Positions 28,921 through 38,168 of a stretch of DNA of 64,000 bases are shown piece after piece. Position numbers and translations under genes: made by a program. Positions within the stretch are counted from its first letter, which is position 1. Each line of letters begins with the position of its first letter. The DNA comes from Minisyncoccota bacterium. GTDB taxonomy: Bacteria > Patescibacteriota > Minisyncoccia > UBA6257 > JAGOQP01. Where the stretch lies: contig JBAZTS010000002.1 in assembly GCA_041661795.1 (NCBI GenBank), forward strand, positions 36,263 to 100,262, in the 5' to 3' direction. The notes below the pieces were generated by a model. It had not been told where the DNA came from. It was given only the letters and a program-made list of their open reading frames with translations, and did not search any database.

Positions 28921-29634
28921 ATGAAAAACATCAAAACAAAAAAGCAGAGTTTAAAAAAAATTGGTCCTGACCGCATGACCACAGAGGGGAGAAAAAAATT
29001 CTTTGGTTTTTATAAAACTAATAGATCAAGAGCTCTAATAGGTTTTTTAAAGGATATTGCAAAAAGCAAGACCAACAGAAAAAGAATTTCTGCTTATTTA
29101 GGAAATAGAGAAAAAATAAACTGTTTGATTATGGGTTGTTCACATTGGGCTAATCCTAGAGACACGGCGAATTTTTTGAAAAGTTTTAATAAAAATTTAA
29201 ATATTAATCTTGCGGTTCTGGACGTATTACCCGATGCTCTTTTGGAAAGTGTTAGACATAATATTGATTGTTTGCCCATCATAACTCCCGCGCAAAAAAC
29301 TCCGTTTTTGGATAATTATTTTGATATTATAATCTGTGACTGTCTTTTGACTTGTTGTAGTTTTGACCAGCACGAACCAGTAATCAAAGAAATGAGTAGG
29401 GTCATAAAAAGAAAGGGTCTACTTATACTGGGAATTGTGCATTCTAAACGTAATATCACTTTTAAAATGACGGAACGACCTATTGTGAACTATTGCAGAC
29501 CGTTTAAGGATTATCAGAAACTTTTTGGTAAATATAACTTCATATTTCCGCCAAACTCTTCGGTTGAAACGCAACTTCCGGGAAAATGGAGCCAGATGAA
29601 AATCGCAAATGGTATTGTGATCAAGAGAAAATAA
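28921..29634 (+). CDS. Putative SAM-dependent methyltransferase-like protein (divergent)
   Basis: Rossmann-like CLIMGCS..., FDIIICDCLL, IKRKGLLILG; weak. Confidence 0.35.
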   Translation: MKNIKTKKQSLKKIGPDRMTTEGRKKFFGFYKTNRSRALIGFLKDIAKSKTNRKRISAYLGNREKINCLIMGCSHWANPRDTANFLKSFNKNLNINLAVLDVLPDALLESVRHNIDCLPIITPAQKTPFLDNYFDIIICDCLLTCCSFDQHEPVIKEMSRVIKRKGLLILGIVHSKRNITFKMTERPIVNYCRPFKDYQKLFGKYNFIFPPNSSVETQLPGKWSQMKIANGIVIKRK

Positions 29635-29648
29635 TTAAAAGATTCGTT

Positions 29649-29900
29649 ATGTTCTTTGTTTATATTCTCAAATGCTCCGATAAATCTCTTTACGTAGGAT
29701 GTACCAATGACCTTGAGAAGAGATTAAAACAACACAACGAGTCAAAGCAGGGAGCGCATTATACTAAAATCAGAAGGCCGGTCACGTTAAAATATTCTCA
29801 AAAATTCAGGACTCTGGCTCAGGCAAGAAAAAGGGAAGCCGAAATAAAAACATGGCGCAGAAGCGAAAAAATTAAATTAATAAATTCTATAAAAAAATGA
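29649..29900 (+). CDS. GIY-YIG nuclease-family small protein (UPF0213-like)
   Basis: FFVYILKCSDKSLYVGCTNDLEKRLKQHN; start taken at MFFVYIL. Confidence 0.7.
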   Translation: MFFVYILKCSDKSLYVGCTNDLEKRLKQHNESKQGAHYTKIRRPVTLKYSQKFRTLAQARKREAEIKTWRRSEKIKLINSIKK

Positions 29901-30015
29901 TTATCCTTGGCCGTATCCCGCGTTAGCGGGTAGACTACAACAACGAAATGTTCACCCCCTGACATTTTTATAAAAATTTATGAGGGTTAACAAAGTGATA
30001 TAATAAGAATTAAAT

Positions 30016-30579
30016 ATGAAAAAGGTTTTATTATTACCAGGGTGGATGAGAACTCTTAGATTATACAAAGCTCACAATGATTTTGATGTGCGCATAGGAA
30101 AACTAGATGATGAATCTGTACTAGCTGATTATGTTATTGGTTTGAGTTTGGGAAGTTTAGCTGTATTGCAACAAGTTGAAAGTATCAAAGGAAAAATAAT
30201 TTTAATAAATCCTCCTCTTCCAAAAAAAAGCATTCTAATTTGGTTTGTTAACTGGCTGAAGTTTATTGTAACCGAGGGTCTATTTTTTGAAAGACAAAAA
30301 TTTACCAGAAATCCGATCAAGTTTATTTCCGCGTTAATTGTCTGTGTAAAATTACTTAATGTAGATTTTTCAAAAACGTTGGACAGCATAAAAGGGCGGT
30401 TATTGATAATTAGAGGAAGAAACGATAGATTTTTCTGTAATGATAAGACTATAAAATTTCTGAGTGCCAGGGAAATTAGAATTATAGAAATTAATGGAGG
30501 ACATAATTGGTGTGAAGAAATAGAAAAAACAATAAACGATCTGACTAAAGACACCGGTTCAGAATTATTGCCAAAGTGA
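30016..30579 (+). CDS. Small alpha/beta-hydrolase-like esterase
   Basis: Nucleophile elbow GLSLGS; C-terminal GGHNW. Confidence 0.45.
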   Translation: MKKVLLLPGWMRTLRLYKAHNDFDVRIGKLDDESVLADYVIGLSLGSLAVLQQVESIKGKIILINPPLPKKSILIWFVNWLKFIVTEGLFFERQKFTRNPIKFISALIVCVKLLNVDFSKTLDSIKGRLLIIRGRNDRFFCNDKTIKFLSAREIRIIEINGGHNWCEEIEKTINDLTKDTGSELLPK

Positions 30580-30591
30580 TATAATAAACTT

Positions 30592-30903
30592 ATGAGTTTC
30601 ATAAAAAACTACATTAATTATCTGAAAGATAATCCTAATAAATATTGGTTTAAGAGAAAACTGTATGGATGGGGATGGGTGCCGGTTAGATGGCAGGGAT
30701 GGGTTGTTATATTGGCTTTTATTCTTTTTATTGTATTGAGCGGAATGGATATGGAGTCCAATATAACTCCCACAGACGGCCAGTTAATATTGTTTTTTGT
30801 AAAAATTGTTTTATCTGTAGCGGTAGTGATGTGGATTTGCTACAAAACCGGAGAAAAACCCAAATGGCAATGGGGACCGCCTCAAAATTCAAATCAAAAA
30901 TAA
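30592..30903 (+). CDS. Small membrane protein
   Basis: 2 TM, Trp-rich. Confidence 0.35.
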   Translation: MSFIKNYINYLKDNPNKYWFKRKLYGWGWVPVRWQGWVVILAFILFIVLSGMDMESNITPTDGQLILFFVKIVLSVAVVMWICYKTGEKPKWQWGPPQNSNQK

Positions 30904-30906
30904 ATT

Positions 30907-31602
30907 ATGCAAATAAAAATTCTTTCTTGGAATATATGGTGGGATTGTCAATTTGAGCAAGTTGCCGAGTTTTTGAATTCTTCCAATGCCGATATTATCG
31001 GTCTGCAGGAAGTATCTCCAGAGGATAAAAATAGGGATGTTATCGGCTATCTAACAAAACTTGGTTATCAATATGTATTTTCTCCAATTGTAGATATACA
31101 AAACAAAGGTTATAAAAAAGAACCTGTAGGGAACGCTATTTTTAGCAAGTTTGATATCTTAAAAAGCGAAACCCATATTTTGTCTGAAGTGGATAGTAGG
31201 ATTGCCATAGAGGCAGATTTCAAAATAGGAGATAAAGAACTCAATGTTTTCAACGTTCACTTGCTCCATACTCATCAAAATCCATCAGAGATACAAGCTC
31301 TTCAAGCCGAAAATCTTATCAAAATTCTTCCTGATAAAAATACTGTTGTTATGGGCGACTTTAACGCCACACCAGAAAGCGATGCAATAAAAAGTATGAA
31401 CAGTGTTTTAAAAAATGTTGCTGATGATTCAAATCCGACCTGGAGTTTGGATGAGAAGGGTTGCCCTGTGTGTAAGGTGGGGGACTTAAAATATTGTTTG
31501 GATTATATCTTTGTTAGCAAAGATATCCAATCACACTCATTCAAAATCGAAAATCCTAAAGGATCTGATCATTTGCCGATTTCGGTTATGATTGAAATAT
31601 AA
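30907..31602 (+). CDS. Endonuclease/exonuclease/phosphatase (EEP) family protein
   Basis: ILSWNIWW, IIGLQEV, GDFNATPES, GSDHLPI. Confidence 0.75.
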   Translation: MQIKILSWNIWWDCQFEQVAEFLNSSNADIIGLQEVSPEDKNRDVIGYLTKLGYQYVFSPIVDIQNKGYKKEPVGNAIFSKFDILKSETHILSEVDSRIAIEADFKIGDKELNVFNVHLLHTHQNPSEIQALQAENLIKILPDKNTVVMGDFNATPESDAIKSMNSVLKNVADDSNPTWSLDEKGCPVCKVGDLKYCLDYIFVSKDIQSHSFKIENPKGSDHLPISVMIEI

Positions 31603-31640
31603 GAATTTTGTCATATCTTAAAACAGAGTCAAAAATAAAA

Positions 31641-32186
31641 ATGGAAAAAATAACTCACCAGGGGAAAATAATAGAAGTTGTTCAAAAAGAAGTTGAGCAA
31701 AACGGGAAAGTTAAAACTTTTGAATTTGCGCGCCGTTCTCCCGGGACACGTCTGATTATCCCAAAGGAGGACAAAATTCTCTTGTCAAAAGAATTTAGAC
31801 ATGAAGTAGAAGGATATGACTACCGTCTCCCGGGAGGGAAAGTGTACGACTCTTTGGAAGAATACAATTTGGCTCTTCAATCGGGTGTGGATATTGGCGA
31901 AATGGCAAAAAAGGCGGCCATAAAGGAAGCGCGAGAAGAAACCGGAATTGAAATAAAAGATATTTCATTTATACATAAGTCGGTTTGCGGAGCAACTGTG
32001 GTTTGGGATTTGTTTTATTTTGTTGTAAACGACTTTAGTGAAACATCCAGACAGTTGGAGGATGGCGAAGATATAGAGGTTGAATACGTTTCTCGCGACA
32101 AAGTGAAAGAGATGTGTCTAAACGGAACAATCGGAGAGGAGCGATCCGCCCTTGTTTTGATTAGATATTTGGGTGGTGGATTCTAA
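31641..32186 (+). CDS. NUDIX hydrolase (ADP-ribose pyrophosphatase-like)
   Basis: PGGKV....AA.KEAREETGIEI Nudix box; start taken at MEKITHQG. Confidence 0.7.
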   Translation: MEKITHQGKIIEVVQKEVEQNGKVKTFEFARRSPGTRLIIPKEDKILLSKEFRHEVEGYDYRLPGGKVYDSLEEYNLALQSGVDIGEMAKKAAIKEAREETGIEIKDISFIHKSVCGATVVWDLFYFVVNDFSETSRQLEDGEDIEVEYVSRDKVKEMCLNGTIGEERSALVLIRYLGGGF

Positions 32187-32236
32187 AATGACTATTATAG
32201 AGCTTGTGGAGGTCCAATGTTAGTAGATAAAGATTT

Positions 32237-32863
32237 ATGAGTAAAGAACTATCACATAAAGAAATAACAGACTATTTCCGATCTAATATTTATGAGGCTA
32301 TTTCTTCATATAATGCTTGGAAAATGTTGTCGTATTCTAAATCTAATAAAGTGGTTTCTGATGATATGGCAAAAAGATATCTTGAAATACAAAATTACCA
32401 TCCGGGATTTTTTGCGACAGCAGAGCGTGCCTTTTTAGTTGATTTTGTGATTATGTCACTACATCCATTTGACCACAGAGATGATTCTTATTCACTTTAT
32501 AAAATAAACAAGGAAGATACAGAAGATTTTATTAATAACAATGAGAGTGTGGTAGCCGCTTTACGGAATTTAAGGAATAAACTTTTTGCACATAGAGATG
32601 CTGATATAAATAATACAAAAAACTTAATAATTCCTTCGGTTGTTAATCAAAATAAATATTTTGAAAATTTAATTGATTTTTATAATAAGCTTACTTCTGT
32701 GGTTGACGAGTCATCAACAAATTTCGTTAATGCGAAGGAGATTAAATTAGATATAGAGAATTTATTTATGAATTTATATCGAGGCGAGGCTATTAGGAAA
32801 AAACAAATTGATATTGAATGGTTGTGGGAGAAAGACAATAAAAAAGCTTCAGATATTTTATAA
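32237..32863 (+). CDS. HEPN-domain protein, Abi-like (AbiD/AbiF/AbiU2-type RN..AH motif)
   Basis: LRNLRNKLFAHRD = R-x5-H with RN pair; alpha-helical composition. Confidence 0.4.
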   Translation: MSKELSHKEITDYFRSNIYEAISSYNAWKMLSYSKSNKVVSDDMAKRYLEIQNYHPGFFATAERAFLVDFVIMSLHPFDHRDDSYSLYKINKEDTEDFINNNESVVAALRNLRNKLFAHRDADINNTKNLIIPSVVNQNKYFENLIDFYNKLTSVVDESSTNFVNAKEIKLDIENLFMNLYRGEAIRKKQIDIEWLWEKDNKKASDIL

Positions 32864-32865
32864 AT

Positions 32866-33309
32866 TTGATGAATTTAAATAAAATCCAAGAATTCGCTAA
32901 AAAGATATTAAGAAATTCAACTAAGACAAAGAATTCTTTGTCTAGCTTGGCAAAAGATAATTGTAGTGAACTGACTAGATTAGTGGGGTGTTTTATTCTA
33001 AAATCACAAAGTGGAGTTACTGTATATGTGTTAAAAGGGGACAGAGTTTTTGGTAAGAAACAATCTCATGATATATTGGCTTTACATGATAAAAACGGGG
33101 TTTTTGTTATAGACCCATCCGTTTGGCAGTTTTTTCCAAACAAGAAGAGTATTCTTATATCCAACAGTAAGAATATAAAGGACGCTATTAAATCAGCAGA
33201 AAAGATATATGGCGGAAAGTGGAAAGTATCCGAAAAACTGTCGCTGAAGAAATGTTTGAAAAATCAAAAAAAGTGGATTTCTGTCATCCGTAAAAATAAT
33301 CAAAAATAA
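32866..33309 (+). CDS. Hypothetical protein, 3-nt spaced partner of HEPN gene
   Basis: 147 aa, Lys-rich, no family recognised; operonic spacing. Confidence 0.4.
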   Translation: MMNLNKIQEFAKKILRNSTKTKNSLSSLAKDNCSELTRLVGCFILKSQSGVTVYVLKGDRVFGKKQSHDILALHDKNGVFVIDPSVWQFFPNKKSILISNSKNIKDAIKSAEKIYGGKWKVSEKLSLKKCLKNQKKWISVIRKNNQK

Positions 33310-33311
33310 TC

Positions 33312-33878
33312 ATGAAAACAGCCGTAATCATTCACGGGAGTCCGACTAAAAAAGAATATTTTACACGCAAGAAACCAAGTCAGTCCAATAAACACTGGTT
33401 GTCCTGGATACAAAAAGAACTCAATTTGAAAGGTATTCTTGCTCAAACTCCTGAATTTCCGGAACCCTACAAACCTGTTTACGAAAAATGGTGTTCTGTT
33501 TTTGAGCAATTCAAAATTGATGAAAACACCATGCTTATAGGTCACAGCTGTGGCGGGGGATTTTTGGTAAGATGGCTAAGTGAAAACAAAGTAAAAGTTG
33601 GAAATGTAGTTTTAGTAGCTCCTTGGATAGACCCAAATCATTATTTAAAAACCAATTTTTTTGATTTTAAAATAGACCCAAATTTAGCGAAAAGAACCAA
33701 AAAGCTGATCATTTTTGAATCCAATAATGATTTTAAAGAGATACAGAAAAGCATTGATATATTAAGAACCAAGCTAAAAGGCGCCAATTTTAAAAAATTC
33801 AAAAATATGGGGCACTTTATATCAAGTAGTATGAAAACCGACAAATTTCCTGAATTATTGAAAGAGCTTATAAAATGA
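33312..33878 (+). CDS. Serine hydrolase of YdeN/RBBP9 alpha/beta family
   Basis: MKTAVIIHGSP..; GHSCGG nucleophile elbow. Confidence 0.55.
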   Translation: MKTAVIIHGSPTKKEYFTRKKPSQSNKHWLSWIQKELNLKGILAQTPEFPEPYKPVYEKWCSVFEQFKIDENTMLIGHSCGGGFLVRWLSENKVKVGNVVLVAPWIDPNHYLKTNFFDFKIDPNLAKRTKKLIIFESNNDFKEIQKSIDILRTKLKGANFKKFKNMGHFISSSMKTDKFPELLKELIK

Positions 33879-33891
33879 AGTATATAAAAAT

Positions 33892-34470
33892 ATGAACAAA
33901 TTATTTGATAAAAACAAAACTGCGTTAGTTATTATTGATCTTCAAAAAGGAATAATAAACCGACAAACTTATCCACGTAAATCTTCCGTTGTTGTCTCAA
34001 ATGCCACTAAATTAGCCGACGTATTCAGAGAAAATTCTATGCCTGTATTTTTGATTCGGGTTACTGCATCTCCAGATATGAAGGATGGCTTAAAGCCAAT
34101 TACTGACAGTCCGACTGGAACGGAAAATAAAAAAGATCCTGATTGGGCGGACATTGTTTCGGAGCTCGTTCCAAAAGAAGACGATTTTGTAATAACTAAA
34201 AGGCAATGGGGTGCTTTTTATAACACAGAGCTGGATCTTCAGCTAAGAAGACGTAAAATTGAAACCATTGTGCTTTGTGGCATTTCAACTAATATCGGAG
34301 TAGAAAGCACGGCTAGATTTGCCTATGAGTATGGCTATCAGCAAATTTTTGTAGAAGACGCTATGGCATCAGGAAAATCAAAAGAAGAACACGAAGCAAC
34401 AATAAAGTATATTTTTCCAAGAATAGGGCGTGTACGAAAAACCGACGAGATTATCAATGAGTTTAAGTAA
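33892..34470 (+). CDS. Isochorismatase-family cysteine hydrolase
   Basis: KTALVIIDLQKG; CGISTNIGVESTAR catalytic Cys region. Confidence 0.75.
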   Translation: MNKLFDKNKTALVIIDLQKGIINRQTYPRKSSVVVSNATKLADVFRENSMPVFLIRVTASPDMKDGLKPITDSPTGTENKKDPDWADIVSELVPKEDDFVITKRQWGAFYNTELDLQLRRRKIETIVLCGISTNIGVESTARFAYEYGYQQIFVEDAMASGKSKEEHEATIKYIFPRIGRVRKTDEIINEFK

Positions 34471-34515
34471 ATTACATATAAAAATTTATGAAACGGGTTA
34501 TTATAGTCCATTGTT

Positions 34516-35196
34516 ATGCTGAATAAGATATTTAATAGAATCCCCAAACTTCCATTATCCGCTTTAATATTTTATTTGGTTGTTCTTTTGTTTTGGAAAC
34601 TTGGTATTATTCCCAGCCCAGCCAATGCCCTTACCTTTCTTGAGGGGTTGTATGAATCTTACGGATTGGTAGGTCTTTTTATTGCTTCGTTTCTTGAGGG
34701 AGTAGTTTATCTTGGGCTTTATTTCCCTGGTTCTTTTATAGTTGCTTTGACGGTTATTTTGTCCAACGGTTCGTTTCTGTCCTTGCTTTCCATAAGTTTG
34801 GTCGTAGCTTGCGCGCTAACCATAACTTCTCTGATTAATTATCTTATTGGAAAAAGCTTAACCAAAAATAAACCAAATAGTAGTTCGTTGACAGTCAACA
34901 AACAAATTGTATCTAAAGGTTTAGTCGCTTCTATGCTACACCCCAATTCTCTGGCTTTTTATTTTTTAAACTTGGGAATAAAAAAGGAAAATTTACTAAA
35001 AATAGTATTTGTTCCTATTTTTATGACTCTTTACGGTCTTGCTCTGGGGTACCTGCTTTATTCAGTAAAAGAACCTCTAAAAAGAGCGGCCGATAGTCCC
35101 TACGCTCTTATAACCTTAATTTTTATCTGGATAATAATCGCTTTTATCGTGGAGAGTCGCAGAAATAAAGATCTTGAGAAAGATAAACAATTATAA
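34516..35196 (+). CDS. DedA-like membrane protein
   Basis: LFIASFLEGVVYLGLYFPGSFIV. Confidence 0.55.
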   Translation: MLNKIFNRIPKLPLSALIFYLVVLLFWKLGIIPSPANALTFLEGLYESYGLVGLFIASFLEGVVYLGLYFPGSFIVALTVILSNGSFLSLLSISLVVACALTITSLINYLIGKSLTKNKPNSSSLTVNKQIVSKGLVASMLHPNSLAFYFLNLGIKKENLLKIVFVPIFMTLYGLALGYLLYSVKEPLKRAADSPYALITLIFIWIIIAFIVESRRNKDLEKDKQL

Positions 35197-35201
35197 AACA
35201 T

Positions 35202-35921
35202 ATGAGAAGCATACTAATCAAATCTATTAACGGCAGAAAAATGCCTCTTGTTATGGCGCATATGGGGGGATTGTCTCATGGGAGACCAAATTCCATTCAA
35301 GCTATTAGAAATAGTACAAAATACAATCCTGACATATTTGAAATTGATGTTAGAAAAAGCAGAGACAATATTCTTTTTTGTCACCATGGTTCTTTGCCAT
35401 TCGGTATAATATTTTCTCAAATCCTCTTTCTCTTTCGGTTCAATTTTATAGTTAAATTGCTTGGACAGATAAATACTCTTGATGAGATATTGGAAGCTAT
35501 TCCCCAAAACATTATTGTGTATTTGGATATAAAAAGCGGTTATATTACAAGTGATGACTTATTGAAAGTTATTAACAAATATCCAGCTCATCAAATATGG
35601 ATGGCTGCATATAACTTGAATTATTTAAAAAGATTGCGCGCAAAACTCGGAGAGAATTATGTATATGTTTTTAATCGTCCCATAGTTTTCTTAAATCACT
35701 TTTTAAACAACTCAAAAGGCATTGCTGATATTGTTCAATTGTTTATATGGCAGTGGAAAGAGCGTGTTGTCCAAAAAGTAAACAGTAACGGTATTGAAGT
35801 TCATTTGGCTCACTGGTTCGTTCCTCTGTCCAGAAAATATATAATTGGTAAGAAATATAATAATATATGGCTCACTTATGATGATCTTCGTTTGACACAA
35901 ACATCAAAGCAACTTTCTTAA
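35202..35921 (+). CDS. Glycerophosphodiester phosphodiesterase-like (GDPD) protein
   Basis: VMAHMGG...PNSIQAI..S..Y..DIFEIDVR.S.D..LFCHHG. Confidence 0.5.
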   Translation: MRSILIKSINGRKMPLVMAHMGGLSHGRPNSIQAIRNSTKYNPDIFEIDVRKSRDNILFCHHGSLPFGIIFSQILFLFRFNFIVKLLGQINTLDEILEAIPQNIIVYLDIKSGYITSDDLLKVINKYPAHQIWMAAYNLNYLKRLRAKLGENYVYVFNRPIVFLNHFLNNSKGIADIVQLFIWQWKERVVQKVNSNGIEVHLAHWFVPLSRKYIIGKKYNNIWLTYDDLRLTQTSKQLS

Positions 35922-35979
35922 TTTATTGAATAAAAAATCAACTATTCTTACAATGTCTTCTTTGCCTCTTTTATAGATT

Positions 35980-36627
35980 TTAGTATCTTAATACCTTATT
36001 AATTCTCTCTACCGCCAAATTCATATTCCTCATTCCCTGACCGACAGGATAGTAGGTTGGATAAACTAAAAACTTTTTGTTTCTGACATTTAAAGTTTCA
36101 CCTTCTTTATTTTTATAATTGCTTACTTTTATTTTTTTATCCAAAAGAATCGAACTTACTTGATTCCCAAAGGTTATAATTTTTTTGGGATTGACCGACA
36201 AAATTTCTCGGAACATCAAATCCAGATATTCTCTAAAAATTCTATCATTAAGGGAATGAGCGTCTATTTGGGTGCACTTTGCTAAATTGGTTATATAAAC
36301 TTTGTTTTCGTTAATTTCTTGATAGATATTTTTTGAAAAGTCATAAGTCCAGTCACCAAACTTGATCTTTTGCGTTTTGTCAAAACTGCTTTTGGAAATA
36401 AACTCTAATTTATATAAAAGCTTCCATATATTTTTTGTTCCCAGCCACGGAGCTCTCAACCCTTTCCAATTTTTATCGGCGGATATGTTCCTTGCCGTGG
36501 GATTCATAAAAATAAGCATAATCTGGGGACTTCTAATACACCCGGCTCCGTATACGGAATTGAGATTAGAATGGCCGTGTAGAACCTGTAGTCGGTCAAA
36601 TCTTTTATGTAGGTGCTTTAACTGCAT
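35980..36627 (-). CDS. Uracil-DNA glycosylase superfamily protein (MUG/TDG-like motifs)
   Basis: IMLIFMNPTARNISA...NIWKLLYKLEFI resembles GINPG...NRFWK motif; YITNLAKC resembles UDG motif B. Confidence 0.45.
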   Translation of the reverse strand: MQLKHLHKRFDRLQVLHGHSNLNSVYGAGCIRSPQIMLIFMNPTARNISADKNWKGLRAPWLGTKNIWKLLYKLEFISKSSFDKTQKIKFGDWTYDFSKNIYQEINENKVYITNLAKCTQIDAHSLNDRIFREYLDLMFREILSVNPKKIITFGNQVSSILLDKKIKVSNYKNKEGETLNVRNKKFLVYPTYYPVGQGMRNMNLAVERINKVLRY

Positions 36628-36861
36628 TTGTTTTATTATATACTATCAGTGTACAATATCCCTATGGACCAATTGGACCCAAAAATAACAGAAACACTTG
36701 AACAGAAAATAGATAAACTTCAGCGTTCAATAAGCAGATTAAATAAAATATTTCTTTGGACACTGATAATAGGTGTTGTCTTGTTTGTCTTGCCTTTGAT
36801 TGGACTTTTGTTTGTGATACCTCAGCTGTTTTCAAGTTATAGTAATGTATTGAATTTTTAA
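36628..36861 (+). CDS. Small membrane protein
   Basis: 77 aa, 1-2 TM. Confidence 0.3.
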   Translation: MFYYILSVYNIPMDQLDPKITETLEQKIDKLQRSISRLNKIFLWTLIIGVVLFVLPLIGLLFVIPQLFSSYSNVLNF

Positions 36862-36864
36862 TAT

Positions 36865-37176
36865 ATGAAAATAATAAAAAATGCTTTAGTGAGCGCGGTG
36901 CTGGCGGTTTTGTATATAGGATTAGTCGCCACAGTAATGACCAACATAGAAAAATTATTTGGTGAGGGAGATCCAAAAACTGTTTTGGTTCCGATGTCAT
37001 TTTTGATTTTATTCGTATTCTCAGCGGCCTTGATGGGAATAATTATTCTTGGAAAACCGATTTTGTGGTATCTGGACGGATTTAAGAAAGAGGCGGTTAA
37101 ACTTGTTTTTTATACATTAGGATTTCTGTTCATGTTTCTTGTTGTGGCTTTTCTTGTTCTTGTTTTGTTTTTTTAG
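36865..37176 (+). CDS. Small membrane protein
   Basis: 103 aa, 3 TM. Confidence 0.4.
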   Translation: MKIIKNALVSAVLAVLYIGLVATVMTNIEKLFGEGDPKTVLVPMSFLILFVFSAALMGIIILGKPILWYLDGFKKEAVKLVFYTLGFLFMFLVVAFLVLVLFF

Positions 37177-37266
37177 CCATACTATTCTTTTTACACCATC
37201 CTCTCTGCGCTTTTTATCAGCTCTTCCTTTTTTCTTTTGTTTATTGTATACCCTAATCAGTACTAA

Positions 37267-37291
37267 AAGAGAGCGATAAGGGCTCTTTTTA
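37267..37291 (+). terminator. Terminator hairpin (aaagagagcgataagggctcttttt)
   Basis: Stem plus T-run after 36865-37176. Confidence 0.5.
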
Positions 37292-37310
37292 CAGCTCTTT
37301 GACAGATACA

Positions 37311-37369
37311 CCCCCACACCAATTTTGCTTATTATCGTCAAGTGCGTGTTGGCAGAATTGGTGTGGGGG
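37311..37369. repeat. CCCCCACACCAATT-N31-AATTGGTGTGGGGG hairpin (family copy 3, with compensatory change)
   Basis: 14-bp stem; CTAAT->CCAATT change mirrored in the 3' arm. Confidence 0.5.
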
Positions 37370-37418
37370 TAAATAGCGACTCTGCAAATCAGATTTAATA
37401 GAGTTTTAATGCAAAAAT

Positions 37419-38006
37419 ATGAAAAAAATAGCTTTTCTTACGGCTTTTTTGGTCTTGGGAGTAATCTTAGTATCCGGCGTAGCTAAAGCCGAATCTACTG
37501 ACGGAGTAGTAACAGTTGTAAGTCAGGAAGAGGTTTTAACTCCAGAGCTTTCTCAAATTCTTAAAGATGGATTGGATGCTTTGGAAATTACCTTAAATCA
37601 GGTAAAAGCTCGTCTTGACTCTCAGTTGATCTCAGAAGAGAAAAAACCGATTGTTGACCAAAGTTTGGTGATTATAAAAAATAGCTTGGTAACTATTGAT
37701 TATACTCTTGAAACTTTAAGCTTAGCTCCGTCTGCCGATTCGTCCGTTGCTTCCGATGTAAATCTTTCTCCGATTGTTATTAATCCGGCGGAAAATCAAG
37801 AAACATCCAATGTCGCATCTAAAGATAACTTGCTGACAGGAACAGTGTCTAATAAAACAACTTTGACTGTTGTGGGAGCGATTGTGGGATTAGCGCTGAT
37901 AGGACTAATAATGTGGTTTATTATGCGGAAACCAAAATCTAAAACCCTTCAAACAGTTCAGACGCATCAAACTCAAGAATCTTCAGATATTCCAAAACAG
38001 GCCTAA
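37419..38006 (+). CDS. Secreted, C-terminally membrane-anchored hypothetical protein
   Basis: Signal peptide, C-terminal TM + basic tail. Confidence 0.45.
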   Translation: MKKIAFLTAFLVLGVILVSGVAKAESTDGVVTVVSQEEVLTPELSQILKDGLDALEITLNQVKARLDSQLISEEKKPIVDQSLVIIKNSLVTIDYTLETLSLAPSADSSVASDVNLSPIVINPAENQETSNVASKDNLLTGTVSNKTTLTVVGAIVGLALIGLIMWFIMRKPKSKTLQTVQTHQTQESSDIPKQA

Positions 38007-38011
38007 AAATA

Positions 38012-38045
38012 AATCCTCTCATTTCGAGAGGATTTATTTTTATAA
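38012..38045. terminator. Bidirectional terminator (aaatcctctc atttcg agaggattt)
   Basis: Perfect stem; A-run/T-run. Confidence 0.55.
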
Positions 38046-38168
38046 TATTTTGTGTAATTTTTATATCTATCATTTCTTGCTACAGCAACCAGATTTATAT
38101 ATAACCGGTACTTAATATGTAATTTTTTGTATATAGTATTTGGTATACGGTATACGATATTCGGTATT

